64,000 nt of DNA from Gammaproteobacteria bacterium (GCA_045564015.1 JBJLIB010000015.1:1913-65912), one strand, 5' to 3'; counted from the stretch's first letter, positions 8,644 to 18,628 are shown. Notes: generated by a model not told the origin, from the letters alone. Numbers and translations: made by a program.

Positions 8644-9627
8644 CTACGATTCAGGATTATGACTTTCCAAAAGATCTTCTCCAAAACATCTTTGAAAATA
8701 CTCAGCCACAATTGGTCTCTCAGCTTCATCGCACTTATTAAGAAATGTTAATCTAAATGAGTGCTTAATATCATTAAAAATAATATAGTTTTGTGCCCAT
8801 GTTATTACTGTTCTTGGCGACATTAATGTAGATATATCCTCATTGATAAAGCCTTGTCTGGTTAAATCTGCGAGCTGTATCATACTCTTGATGAGGGCTT
8901 TATCTTTAGCAGATTTGAGTTGAGGAACTTTTCCATGCACTACATTTAGCTCATGAGATCGCTCTAAATAATTTAATGTTGAAAGAATATGCCAACGGTC
9001 CATTTGGCCTTGATTAATTTGCTGAGTTCCATGATAAAGACCGGTTACATCACCCATGCCAACAGTATTAGTAGTAGCAAATAGTCTGAAACTATTATGC
9101 GGAGTTATCACTTGATTTTGATCAAGCAAGGTTAATTTCCCATCTACTTCAAGTATCCTTTGAATCACAAACATTACATCTGGTCTTCCCGCATCATATT
9201 CGTCAAAAACTATCGCAACAGGATTTTGAATTGACCAAGGCAGAATACCTTCTTTAAATTCTGTGATTTGCTTTTCATCTTTTAATACAATTGCATCTTT
9301 GCCAAGTAAATCAATTCTACTTATGTGACTATCAAGATTTATTCTTACGCATGGCCAATTGAGTCTGGCAGCAACCTGCTCAATGTGGGTTGATTTACCA
9401 GTTCCATGGTATCCCTGAATCATTACCCTTCTATCATGCTCAAAACCAGCTAAAATTGCTAAAGTAGTATCTTTATCAAAGATGTAAGTTTCGTCAATGT
9501 CTGGAACCCATTGTGTTTTTTCCTTAAATCCTTTGACCTCAAGATCAGAATCAATCCCAAATATTTTTTTTACATTGAATTTTTGATCAGGCCTTTCAGG
9601 CAGGTTTATTCTTTCAGAATCTATCAT
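8644..9627 (-). CDS. cobS: CobS-like AAA+ ATPase (aerobic cobaltochelatase subunit S family)
   Basis: 327 aa. Walker A is GYHGTGKST and Walker B is IVFDEYD. The sequence is colinear with CobS as I recall it (RLNWPCVRINLDSH..., RLFATTNT). Confidence 0.85.
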   Translation of the reverse strand: MIDSERINLPERPDQKFNVKKIFGIDSDLEVKGFKEKTQWVPDIDETYIFDKDTTLAILAGFEHDRRVMIQGYHGTGKSTHIEQVAARLNWPCVRINLDSHISRIDLLGKDAIVLKDEKQITEFKEGILPWSIQNPVAIVFDEYDAGRPDVMFVIQRILEVDGKLTLLDQNQVITPHNSFRLFATTNTVGMGDVTGLYHGTQQINQGQMDRWHILSTLNYLERSHELNVVHGKVPQLKSAKDKALIKSMIQLADLTRQGFINEDISTLMSPRTVITWAQNYIIFNDIKHSFRLTFLNKCDEAERPIVAEYFQRCFGEDLLESHNPES

Positions 9628-9738
9628 TACAAGTACTTTTTATTTATTGGATGACTATGCTAACTTTTGAGAGCATAAAGTTCTAGTTTTTAATGAATCA
9701 ATGTAAGATAAATTTAATTAAATATATTCCCATCATTC

Positions 9739-10599
9739 ATGAGCAAAGCGCTAAAAAATACTTTAGATTTATTTAACCTCACAAGAATAGATAGAGACTT
9801 ATATTCTTGGACCGGTCAAAGTGTTGGCTTTCAAAGAATTTTTGGCGGTCAAATCATGGCTCAATGCTTAATCGCAGGTTATCAAACTGTAGAAAAGGGA
9901 AGAATGGTGCATTCTTTTCATTCCTATTTTCTTAGGCCCGGAGACTTCAAACAAAATATTATATTTGAGGTAGACCGTATAAGAGATGGTAAAAGTTTTA
10001 CGACAAGAAGAGTAAACGCGATACAAAATGGAGAAGCAATTTTTAGTTGCTCTATCTCATTTCAAAAAAGAGAAAAGGGTTTGAATCATCAAATTAAAAT
10101 GCCAAAAATTCAAGGACCAGAAAAACTAAAAAGCGATCTAGAACTAAGAAAAGACCTTAAATCTAAAATACCCAAAGATTATTTACCAATGTGGCTTAGA
10201 GAGAGGGAGATTGAGACCAGGCAAGTTGAACCTGTTGATTTATTAAACGCAGTAAAACTTCCTCCCTACAGAAGTACGTGGATGAAACCTACTGGAAAAT
10301 TGCCAGCTGATGAAAGGATCCATCAAGCATTGCTATTGTATGTTTCTGATATGGGTCTGCTTGGAGCCGCAGTAAATCCTCATGAAGTTAATTTTATGTC
10401 TAAGAAATTCCAGAGCGCAAGCTTAGATCACGTGATGTGGTTTCATGGAAAAGTTAATTTTAATAATTGGATTTTGCATCATATGCACAGTCCGATATCT
10501 CAAAATGCCAGAGGGTTCTCTCGAGGATCAATTTATACAAAATCAGGAAAACTAGTGGCATCAACCGCCCAAGAAGGACTCATGCGTATTTGGGATTAG
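9739..10599 (+). CDS. tesB: acyl-CoA thioesterase II
   Basis: 286 aa with a double hot-dog layout. IFGGQIMAQCL matches the TesB FGGQVVGQAL region. The C-terminal SLDHVMWFH motif is present. Confidence 0.8.
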   Translation: MSKALKNTLDLFNLTRIDRDLYSWTGQSVGFQRIFGGQIMAQCLIAGYQTVEKGRMVHSFHSYFLRPGDFKQNIIFEVDRIRDGKSFTTRRVNAIQNGEAIFSCSISFQKREKGLNHQIKMPKIQGPEKLKSDLELRKDLKSKIPKDYLPMWLREREIETRQVEPVDLLNAVKLPPYRSTWMKPTGKLPADERIHQALLLYVSDMGLLGAAVNPHEVNFMSKKFQSASLDHVMWFHGKVNFNNWILHHMHSPISQNARGFSRGSIYTKSGKLVASTAQEGLMRIWD

Positions 10600-10680
10600 C
10601 AAAATAATTTGAAGGCCTGGGCTCTAGCTAAATTTATTAAAAGCTTGGTATAGTTATTTTTTAATTACTAATTACAAAAT

Positions 10681-11100
10681 ATGTTGTCACTTTTCAAAAA
10701 AAAACTATTTTCTGATATCTCTGGAAGTGCGGAAGATATGCCGCCACATGTATCTGCTGTCTTATGCTTAATGATTGAGATTGCCAGAATGGATGGAAAA
10801 ATAGATGAAAATGAAATAGATGAAATTAAAAACTTTTATTTAGATTTATATCCTAATGGTAATTTTACAGAAGCATTTGAAGAGCTTAAAGATTGGACAA
10901 GCCACAAAGAATCTTTTAATCCTTTTATCAATATTATTAACAGCAATTGCACAAAACGAATGAAAATAGAGATCCTCTCGAATATTTGGGATGTAATTTT
11001 ATCTGATGAAAATGTTGATCAATATGAAAATTCACTGTTTATGCAAATAGGCGAAATGTTGTTGATCAGCAAAGAAGAACTTTTAAATATTCAGAGTTAA
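10681..11100 (+). CDS. TerB-like (DjlA N-terminal-like) domain protein
   Basis: 139 aa, helical. The IARMDGKIDENEIDEI pattern and the later DENVDQYENSLF are typical of TerB-family repeats. Confidence 0.5.
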   Translation: MLSLFKKKLFSDISGSAEDMPPHVSAVLCLMIEIARMDGKIDENEIDEIKNFYLDLYPNGNFTEAFEELKDWTSHKESFNPFINIINSNCTKRMKIEILSNIWDVILSDENVDQYENSLFMQIGEMLLISKEELLNIQS

Positions 11101-12015
11101 TTAAGAGTTAAGCCGCAAGTGCTCTAATAGATCCTCTTCAAATTTAAGTAGAATCTCTGGTTCAATCAGATGCCTCATTTCATCAATGATCTTTAGTTTG
11201 CTATTTGGTATTAATTTATGCATTTTGTAAGCATTCTTTACTTTGATCATAGGATCTTTTTTGCCATGAATAATTAAAGTTTGTGCTTTAATCTTTTGTA
11301 TTTTTTTTAGCCTATCCTTTGAAGCCAAGATCGATAAAAGTTGCCTTGCGTAACCAGAACCATCCTGGGAGCGATTTAAGTTTTTAATTGTTTCTTCTCT
11401 AAATTCTGGAGTATCAACAACTCTACCCTCCATACCTATAAGGGTGACAATTTTAATTTCTCTGATAATTACTTCCTCAACTGATGCATTTGGATTTTTA
11501 GATCTTTCCATCATAAGATCTCTGACTGGTTTTGATGGAGCATTGATTGGGCTCGGTGTTGAAGCTGTTGAGGCAATCAAGGTAAATGATTTAACTTTTT
11601 GAGGATATTGAGCACTGATGATCTGAGCAATCATCCCACCCATTGAAGTGCCAAGAACGTGTGCTTGCTCAATGTGTAGTGTTTCAAGCAGCTTGATTCC
11701 ATCATCTGCCATATCGTCAATGTTATATTCTGCCTGAATAGGCAATCTCAAAAAATATTTAATGTAATCCAACAAAAAAGATGGAGTTCCTGAAAATCTT
11801 GAAGACAAACCAACATCTCTATTATCGTAAGTAATGGGTCTAAAATTATGTGACTGTAAAAAATGAATTAGATGGGGAGGCCAATGAACTAGTTGAGCTC
11901 CTAAACCATGTACCATGAGAATTGGATCACCATTTACAGGACCGTAGTCTCGGTAAAATATCTTGACTCCATTGTTCTCAGCAAAACCCTCCGAATATTG
12001 ATCAGCTACATTCAT
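11101..12015 (-). CDS. alpha/beta-fold hydrolase
   Basis: The HGLG oxyanion region is MVHGLGAQ. The nucleophile elbow is GTSMGGMIA (GxSxG). A C-terminal HLIEPE region follows. Confidence 0.7.
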   Translation of the reverse strand: MNVADQYSEGFAENNGVKIFYRDYGPVNGDPILMVHGLGAQLVHWPPHLIHFLQSHNFRPITYDNRDVGLSSRFSGTPSFLLDYIKYFLRLPIQAEYNIDDMADDGIKLLETLHIEQAHVLGTSMGGMIAQIISAQYPQKVKSFTLIASTASTPSPINAPSKPVRDLMMERSKNPNASVEEVIIREIKIVTLIGMEGRVVDTPEFREETIKNLNRSQDGSGYARQLLSILASKDRLKKIQKIKAQTLIIHGKKDPMIKVKNAYKMHKLIPNSKLKIIDEMRHLIEPEILLKFEEDLLEHLRLNS

Positions 12016-12108
12016 AAATTTTTAAGTACTTTCTAATATATTTTTATACTAATGCACTCTTCAAATATTACCAACCTAAGATAAGGCTGTTATAGTCAGT
12101 GAATATTT

Positions 12109-13467
12109 ATGACCTCAAACACAGTCCCAAATAAAGTAAGAGCAGCCTATGGTATAGGAGATTATGCTATTTGCTTGTATTGGAGTGGGGTGGGTTTATA
12201 CCTTCTGTATTTTTATACTGATGTGGTCGGAATAACACCATTGCTAGCAGGTTGGATATACGCTTTAGGGATAGCCTGGGATGCAATCACCGATCCATTT
12301 ATGGGATACCTTGCAGAAAGAACTAGAACTAAAATGGGAAGCTATAGACCCTATATTTTTTATGGTGCAATTCCACTGGCCTGTTCTTTTGTATTGCTCT
12401 TCTGGGTCCCTCCATTTGAGGGCCTCACACTATTTATTTTTTTACTAACAATTAATTTACTGCATAGAACCTGTTTTACTATTGTCAGTGTTCCTTATTC
12501 CTCTCTTACAGCAAGAATTACTGATGATAGTGATGAGCGGACTAAACTTACCACTGCAAGAATGATCGGAGCTTCTTTTGGCACTCTTTCAGTTTCAGCA
12601 CTAGGTTTTCCAATTGTTTTATGGTTTGGAGGAGGTGATGAAGCATTAGGCTTTATTTTTCTTGGTATGGTTTGCGGTCTTACGGCTATCCTTGTTTTAA
12701 GCATCACCATTCGATTTGTTAAAGAAAGAAAGTTTAATGTTAGCTCAGCTGAGATACCAAGTTTTTCAAATGTAGCAAGATCGGTTGCAAAGAATTATCC
12801 ATTCTGGATTGTGTTTGGATCCATTTTAATTCTCGGGTCTACCTCTATTATGTTTAACAATAACTTAATCTATTTTGTGAAATACTCTCTTGATCTTCAT
12901 GAATATCAAGGTTTAATTTTAGGAGTTAGCAGTGGAGCAGCTCTCTTAGCTATCCCTTTTTGGGCATATGCTGCATTAAAAATTGGTAAGAGGAATTCTT
13001 GGATGGCTGCAATGACATTATTATTAATAGGATTTTTGATTTTTTATTTTTATCCAATTGCTTCCCTTAACGAGTTACTGCTTGTATTAGGATTTATAGG
13101 TATTGGTAATGGGGCTACCGGAGTATTATTTTGGTCAATGCTTCCAGATACAATCGAATATGGTGAATGGAAAACAGAAGTTCGAACAGAGTCTTCTTTA
13201 TATGGGTTTATGACTTTTGCTCAAAAAGGTGCAATAGCTTTTGCTGCAATTTTGCTAGGCATCGCATTAACTCAAATTGGTTTTGAGCCTAATGAAGTTC
13301 AGTCAGAAGAAACATTGGCTGGATTAAAATTTATTATGACCTGGATACCTCTAACAGGAATTTTTATAAGTTTTGTATTAGTCTCTTTTTATCCGATAGA
13401 TAAAAAATTTCATCAAAAGTTAATTAATGAAATTGAAGCAAGAAAACTTGGTAATGCATCAAATTAA
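12109..13467 (+). CDS. MFS transporter, glycoside-pentoside-hexuronide (GPH):cation symporter family
   Basis: 452 aa with about 12 TM helices. The GPH signature region is DAITDPFMGYLAERTRTKMGSYRPY. Confidence 0.75.
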   Translation: MTSNTVPNKVRAAYGIGDYAICLYWSGVGLYLLYFYTDVVGITPLLAGWIYALGIAWDAITDPFMGYLAERTRTKMGSYRPYIFYGAIPLACSFVLLFWVPPFEGLTLFIFLLTINLLHRTCFTIVSVPYSSLTARITDDSDERTKLTTARMIGASFGTLSVSALGFPIVLWFGGGDEALGFIFLGMVCGLTAILVLSITIRFVKERKFNVSSAEIPSFSNVARSVAKNYPFWIVFGSILILGSTSIMFNNNLIYFVKYSLDLHEYQGLILGVSSGAALLAIPFWAYAALKIGKRNSWMAAMTLLLIGFLIFYFYPIASLNELLLVLGFIGIGNGATGVLFWSMLPDTIEYGEWKTEVRTESSLYGFMTFAQKGAIAFAAILLGIALTQIGFEPNEVQSEETLAGLKFIMTWIPLTGIFISFVLVSFYPIDKKFHQKLINEIEARKLGNASN

Positions 13468-15457
13468 TTGGGGAGTAATTGGCTCTGGCTCTATTGCCAA
13501 TGCATTTTCTTATTCCATCCAAGCTACAAAAAACTCTAAATTAATTAGCATCTTTGGACGAAATTCTAAGAAGGTAAATAGCTTTGCTGACAAGTTTGAT
13601 ATTGATGCTCATCATCAATTAGATGATTTTTTGTCTTCTGAGGAAATAGATGCTGTTTATATTGCAACTCCTCACAGCGAACATTTTTTTTATGCATTAG
13701 AGGCAATGAAAAATGGCAAACATGTTCTTTGCGAAAAGCCATTCACGATGAATGCTCATGAGAGCATGGTTTTATTAGATCTTGCTAATGCCAAAAATAT
13801 TTTCTTGATGGAAGCCTTTATGTACAGAATGCATCCCCAAACAAGAAATATTTTAGATAATTTAAATTTTTTATCAGATGCAAAAGATAAAATTTTGATT
13901 GAGGCTTCTTTTGGTTTTCAAGCAGATGTTCCAGTAACACATAGACTTCGAAACCCTGAACTAGGTGGAGGGGCAATATTAGATGTTGGCTGTTATCCAT
14001 TGACCATGTCAAAGTTAATAGCCGGTCAATTACAGGGCCTTGATTTTGCAGAGCCAAAAAGTCTCTCTGCAACTGGCCAGCTAGATGAGACAGGTGTTGA
14101 TCTTCAATCGAATGCACATTTAATTTTTTCTGATTCGATCGAAGCAAAAATAAGTTGCGCTATTAATGAAGACTTTTCCAATAACCTTGTTATATCAAGT
14201 GGCAAATATACTATTTCGGTGCCTGATCCATGGCATTGTGGGCAATTTCAAGCAGGCAATTCATCCATTTATCTCTCGCACGACGGCCAGATTAGCAGGG
14301 AAATTAAATGTATGGATGACATTGGTTTATTTACCAGAGAGATAGAGCATGCTGCAAAGTGTATTTTAGAATCAAAAATTGAATCCAAGCTTATTAGCCA
14401 TGCTGAGACTCAAAGCAATATGTTCTGGTTAGATAAGTGGCGACAAGAAATGAAGATTGATTGCCCTAAGGGCCTAATTAAAAATTCACCAATTTTGCAA
14501 TCAAAAGCATTTTTACTTCAGGAATCTCACCTTGAATGCAATGAACTTCCTGGCTTGAGTAAGACTGGTTCAAGACTAGCATTGGGTTGTGATAATCAGA
14601 CATCAGATCTGCATGCTTTTACAATGTTTGATCATTTCTATGGTTCTGGTGGCAGAATTTTTGATACAGCATTTATCTATAATAATGGAATGGGCGATAA
14701 GTATCTTGGTGATTGGATCAATGCCAGGAATGTTGAGGAAGCTGTTATTGTCCTTGGTAAAGGAGCTCACACTCCTAATTGTGAGCCTCATTATATTCGC
14801 CCACAAGTGCTTCAGTCTTTAGAGCGTTTGCAAATTTCAAAGCTCGATATATATTGTTTGCATAGAGATAACCCAGATATTCCAGTAGATGAATTTATTG
14901 ATGCATTGGCTGAAATAAAGAGTGAAGGCCTAGTTAATCTAATTGGTGCTTCAAATTGGGAGATGGACAGGTTTTCTAAAGCAAGAAATTATGCGAAGAA
15001 AAATGCAAAAGAGCCCTTTACTGTCCTTAGTAATAATTTTAGCCTAGCTGAGATGATCGAGCCTGTTTGGCCAGGCTGTGTTGGCATTAACGATACTTAT
15101 TTAAAATATCTTATTGAGGAGCAAATTATATTATTTCCTTGGTCTTCTCAAGCTAGAGGTTTTTTTATTAAGAAAAAAGAAATTATGTCAAATGAGCACT
15201 TTTCAAATCCCACTCTCGATGAAGAGATGAGAGTCTGGCATTATGAAAAAAATTTGAAAAGAAGACAGGTCTGTTTTGAGGTAGCTAAGGAAAGGAAGGT
15301 GCAGCCTATTCAAGTTGCCTTAGCTTATGTATTGCACAAATCAAAATTAATTTTTCCTTTGATTGGACCAAGAACAATTTTTGAATCTAACAGCTCCATT
15401 CAAGCTACTCAACTCGAATTAACTACTAGAGAACTTCAAGCACTTGCTCAAGATTAA
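13454..15457 (+). CDS. bifunctional fusion: N-terminal Gfo/Idh/MocA NAD(P)-oxidoreductase plus C-terminal aldo/keto reductase
   Basis: The N-terminal half has INWGVIGSGSIA (Rossmann) and HVLCEKPF (the EKP motif). The C-terminal half has FDTAFIY (AKR catalytic Tyr region), DIYCLHRDN and IGASNW. It is one uninterrupted frame. The ORF track starts at 13427, but the ATG at 13454 (MHQINWG...) matches typical family N-termini better. Confidence 0.7.
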   Translation: MHQINWGVIGSGSIANAFSYSIQATKNSKLISIFGRNSKKVNSFADKFDIDAHHQLDDFLSSEEIDAVYIATPHSEHFFYALEAMKNGKHVLCEKPFTMNAHESMVLLDLANAKNIFLMEAFMYRMHPQTRNILDNLNFLSDAKDKILIEASFGFQADVPVTHRLRNPELGGGAILDVGCYPLTMSKLIAGQLQGLDFAEPKSLSATGQLDETGVDLQSNAHLIFSDSIEAKISCAINEDFSNNLVISSGKYTISVPDPWHCGQFQAGNSSIYLSHDGQISREIKCMDDIGLFTREIEHAAKCILESKIESKLISHAETQSNMFWLDKWRQEMKIDCPKGLIKNSPILQSKAFLLQESHLECNELPGLSKTGSRLALGCDNQTSDLHAFTMFDHFYGSGGRIFDTAFIYNNGMGDKYLGDWINARNVEEAVIVLGKGAHTPNCEPHYIRPQVLQSLERLQISKLDIYCLHRDNPDIPVDEFIDALAEIKSEGLVNLIGASNWEMDRFSKARNYAKKNAKEPFTVLSNNFSLAEMIEPVWPGCVGINDTYLKYLIEEQIILFPWSSQARGFFIKKKEIMSNEHFSNPTLDEEMRVWHYEKNLKRRQVCFEVAKERKVQPIQVALAYVLHKSKLIFPLIGPRTIFESNSSIQATQLELTTRELQALAQD

Positions 15458-17873
15458 TACTAGCTTCTAAAAGGATACTTTCTGAGGAAGACCCAATTAG
15501 GATCCTATACGTGCCTCCTCTTATTTCCCAAGCACCTCTATCAACCGACCAATAGGAAAAATTTCTTGGCCCAAGATTAATTTCCATTTTTTTAAGTTCA
15601 TTCGCACCTATTTCCCCTTTAACAAAACCCTGCAAAGTTTTACAAGGCTGCTGAGGCATCAGATCTGAATAGCCTACATAACATTGAGCTGTTTCTAATC
15701 CAGGAATATCTCCAATGTTTTGAACTTCAAACTTACATGAGACAGCAAGATTATCATCGATTGTAACTTCTAGATTTTGATAATTAAAATTCGTAAATGA
15801 CAACCCATGACCAAAACAAAACAATGGCTTGATTGAGTTTGTCTCATACCATCTGTGCCCAACCAAAAGTTTTTCATCATAGTTCATTTGCAAATCATTT
15901 CCAGGATAGTGTTTGTAAGCAGGAGTATCTTCTATATTTGCTGGGAAGGTTGTTGGTAATTTACCTGATGGATTAACTTTTCCAGATAAAATATCAACCA
16001 AAGCATTTCCAAATTCTTGACCAGCAAACCATGTTTGAACTATAGCTTTTGCTTTGCTTACCCAAGGCATATTAACTGGAGAACCAGTATTAATTACTAA
16101 GACTGTATTTGGATTAGCTTCTAATATTGCGTCAATTAATTTATTTTGATTTGCAGGTAAATTGAAATCAGCCCTATCATTTCCTTCTGTTTCCCAATCT
16201 GAATTAGTTCCGACAATCAAAAGAACCTCATCTGCATTGGTAGCCGTTTCAATAGCCTCTTGAAAGATATCGACCTCATCAGGAGCCTGACAACCAATAT
16301 AGACTGCTGGAAAACTTCCTTCAAAATAATACTGAACTTCAATTTTATATGTTTCGCCTTTTTGAAAATTGGCAGTTCCCTTTCTTGAGGCAGAACTAAA
16401 AGTAAAAAAAGCCTCACCAGGATCTCTACTAGTCCAATTATCAATAAGCTCATTGCCATCAATTAGCAAGCGACATTGCCCAATACCAAAAATTTCAAAT
16501 TCATGTGTGCCAGAAATATCTGGCATATATTCACAAGAAAACTTTACAGAGATATTTGGTCTATCTTCTTTTGAAATTACATCTTTAGCAAAGCCTTCAA
16601 ACACCCAAAACTTATTTCCTATAAGACGCTCTTCTAAAATTAAATTTTCTTTAAATTGATTGCCATCAAAATATTCCACCAAGAAACCATCTTTGCTCCG
16701 CATGAGTTTTTCATCTATCTTTGGAAGGAATTTATGGGTATGACAGCCTTTCGAATATAAAATTTCTGTCTCATGTCCCAGTCTCTCACTTACTGCCCCT
16801 AGTGGATGAATTTGATAATGTGGCTTTAAGCTTGCGCTACCTCCGCCAATGATTTGTGCCTCTTTGGCATTAGGTCCAATAACTGCTAATTTTTTAATAT
16901 TTTTTTTCAGGGGCAGTAAACCTTCATTTTTTAACATAACCATCCCATCAGCAGCTGCTTTTCTTAATAGCAACCTGTGTGAAGATTGATCTATAGCTTC
17001 CTCATCTTTGATTTCTGATCTTTGCAAACGATTTGAGAATTCAGCAACAGTTAAAATTCTTCTAACCTTGTCATCAATCAATTCTTCGGAAACTTTTTTG
17101 GCTTCAACTGCATCAATCAATGCTTTGCCCCAAACATTACTAGGCCCAGGCATTTCAAGATCTAAGCCACCATTTGCATTTTCTATTGTTTCAAGGGCTG
17201 CTCCCCAATCACTAACCACATATCCATCAAAACCCCATTCATCTTTAAGAATACTTATCAGCAGCTCCTGATGAGAACTACAAAAAATATTATTCAACTT
17301 ATTGTATGCACTCATTACAACCTTTGCATTGCCTTCTTTAATACCCATTTCAAATGGTAATAAATAAATTTCTCTCAAAGTCTGCTCATCTATATTTGAG
17401 CTGATGGAGTGACGCTCATACTCAGTATCATTGCCAACAAAATGCTTTAAACAGGCTGCTACATTTTTGGATTGAACGCCTTGAACATAATTGGTTGCGA
17501 TCTTTCCAGTTAAAAAAGGATCTTCAGAGAAACTCTCAAAATGTCTCCCTCCTAAAGGATGCCTATGAATGTTAATAGTTGGGCCTAATAGAACATCTAC
17601 ATCTTTTGCTTGCGCTTCTTCACCCAATGCAATGCCAATATTCTTTATTAACTTGAGATCCCATGTGGAACCTATTGATATTGCACAAGGAAAACAAGCT
17701 GAAGATTTACCAGAATTTGAGTCGCCTCGAACCCCGTTGGGGCCATCTGACATTTTTATGCTTGGAATATTTTTTTTCTCAATTTTGCTCGTATACCAAG
17801 AATTAAAGCCACTTAGCAAGGAAACTTTTTCATCTAATGTTAATGTGCCTATGATCTGATCTATATTTCCCAT
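15426..17873 (-). CDS. bglX: glycoside hydrolase family 3 beta-glucosidase with inserted PA14 domain
   Basis: 815 aa. GH3 motifs are GPNGVR, KHFVGND and the nucleophile motif GYVVSDWGA. An extra beta-rich block of about 150 aa (FLVEYFDGNQF...YKIEVQYY) lies in the C-terminal half, consistent with PA14. Confidence 0.85.
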   Translation of the reverse strand: MGNIDQIIGTLTLDEKVSLLSGFNSWYTSKIEKKNIPSIKMSDGPNGVRGDSNSGKSSACFPCAISIGSTWDLKLIKNIGIALGEEAQAKDVDVLLGPTINIHRHPLGGRHFESFSEDPFLTGKIATNYVQGVQSKNVAACLKHFVGNDTEYERHSISSNIDEQTLREIYLLPFEMGIKEGNAKVVMSAYNKLNNIFCSSHQELLISILKDEWGFDGYVVSDWGAALETIENANGGLDLEMPGPSNVWGKALIDAVEAKKVSEELIDDKVRRILTVAEFSNRLQRSEIKDEEAIDQSSHRLLLRKAAADGMVMLKNEGLLPLKKNIKKLAVIGPNAKEAQIIGGGSASLKPHYQIHPLGAVSERLGHETEILYSKGCHTHKFLPKIDEKLMRSKDGFLVEYFDGNQFKENLILEERLIGNKFWVFEGFAKDVISKEDRPNISVKFSCEYMPDISGTHEFEIFGIGQCRLLIDGNELIDNWTSRDPGEAFFTFSSASRKGTANFQKGETYKIEVQYYFEGSFPAVYIGCQAPDEVDIFQEAIETATNADEVLLIVGTNSDWETEGNDRADFNLPANQNKLIDAILEANPNTVLVINTGSPVNMPWVSKAKAIVQTWFAGQEFGNALVDILSGKVNPSGKLPTTFPANIEDTPAYKHYPGNDLQMNYDEKLLVGHRWYETNSIKPLFCFGHGLSFTNFNYQNLEVTIDDNLAVSCKFEVQNIGDIPGLETAQCYVGYSDLMPQQPCKTLQGFVKGEIGANELKKMEINLGPRNFSYWSVDRGAWEIRGGTYRILIGSSSESILLEASINLEQVLEVL

Positions 17874-17914
17874 GTGTTAATCTTAATTCCTTTGAAGTTA
17901 AAATACACTCTTAT

Positions 17915-18628
17915 ATGTCTTTAGAATTTATAAGTTTTTTTGCCGCCTTATCTTTCGTAACTTCTATGCTTACTTCTATTTTTAGTCTTGGAGGAGGGTT
18001 AATTATGCTTGTTGCCCTAGCACAGTCTTTCTCTCCTGGCACTCTCATACCCTTACATGGAGCCATCCAACTTTCTAATAATTTATCAAGAACATATGTA
18101 TATAGAGAATTTTTTAGATGGCATTTAATAAAAAATATTCTGATCGCTACAACTTTTGGAGCTCTTGTAGGAATACTTTTATTTGGAGCTATGCCTGAAC
18201 AAATTTTGATATGGTTAATAGCAGGAACAATTTTATTTTTTACTTGGGCTCCTTTAGATAACCTTATTCTTTCAGTTATGCGAAATGATTGGTTCTGTGG
18301 GTTTATTTCGGGTTTTGCAGGTATTTTTATTGGCGCAAATGGACCCTTAGTTACCGCCTACATGCAAACAAAGAATTTATCTCCCGAATCATTGGTTGCA
18401 AATCATGGCGCAGTTATGATTTTTCAACACTCTATTAAAATTTTTTTATTTATGTATTTTTTTAGTTTTTCTTTAGAAGAATATCTTTTCTTTATTTTTA
18501 TTTTAGCTCTTACTGGCTATGCAGGAGCAGTTTTAGGCAAGGCATTAATCTCTTCAATTTCTTTCGAAAGTTTTAACATTGTTTTGAAGTTGCTCTTGTC
18601 ATTGCTTGCTTTAATTTTAGTTTTCTAG
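17915..18628 (+). CDS. TauE/SafE-family (sulfite exporter-like) membrane protein
   Basis: 237 aa with 7-8 TM helices. It has the internal duplication typical of the TSUP/TauE family (GGGLIMLV ... GANGPLV). Confidence 0.6.
   Translation: MSLEFISFFAALSFVTSMLTSIFSLGGGLIMLVALAQSFSPGTLIPLHGAIQLSNNLSRTYVYREFFRWHLIKNILIATTFGALVGILLFGAMPEQILIWLIAGTILFFTWAPLDNLILSVMRNDWFCGFISGFAGIFIGANGPLVTAYMQTKNLSPESLVANHGAVMIFQHSIKIFLFMYFFSFSLEEYLFFIFILALTGYAGAVLGKALISSISFESFNIVLKLLLSLLALILVF

Noticed and set aside
9628-9738. A possible cobalamin riboswitch in the cobS 5' region.
   Set aside because: The 111-bp spacer is extremely AT-rich. It contains no B12-box-like GC-rich core and no obvious conserved helices.
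16217-17859. Four nested ORFs within the GH3 gene: 16217..16462, 16369..16659, 17008..17271 and 17569..17859.
   Set aside because: They are alternative-frame or antisense shadows of an 815-aa gene with unambiguous GH3 motifs. They have no independent start context or recognisable domains.
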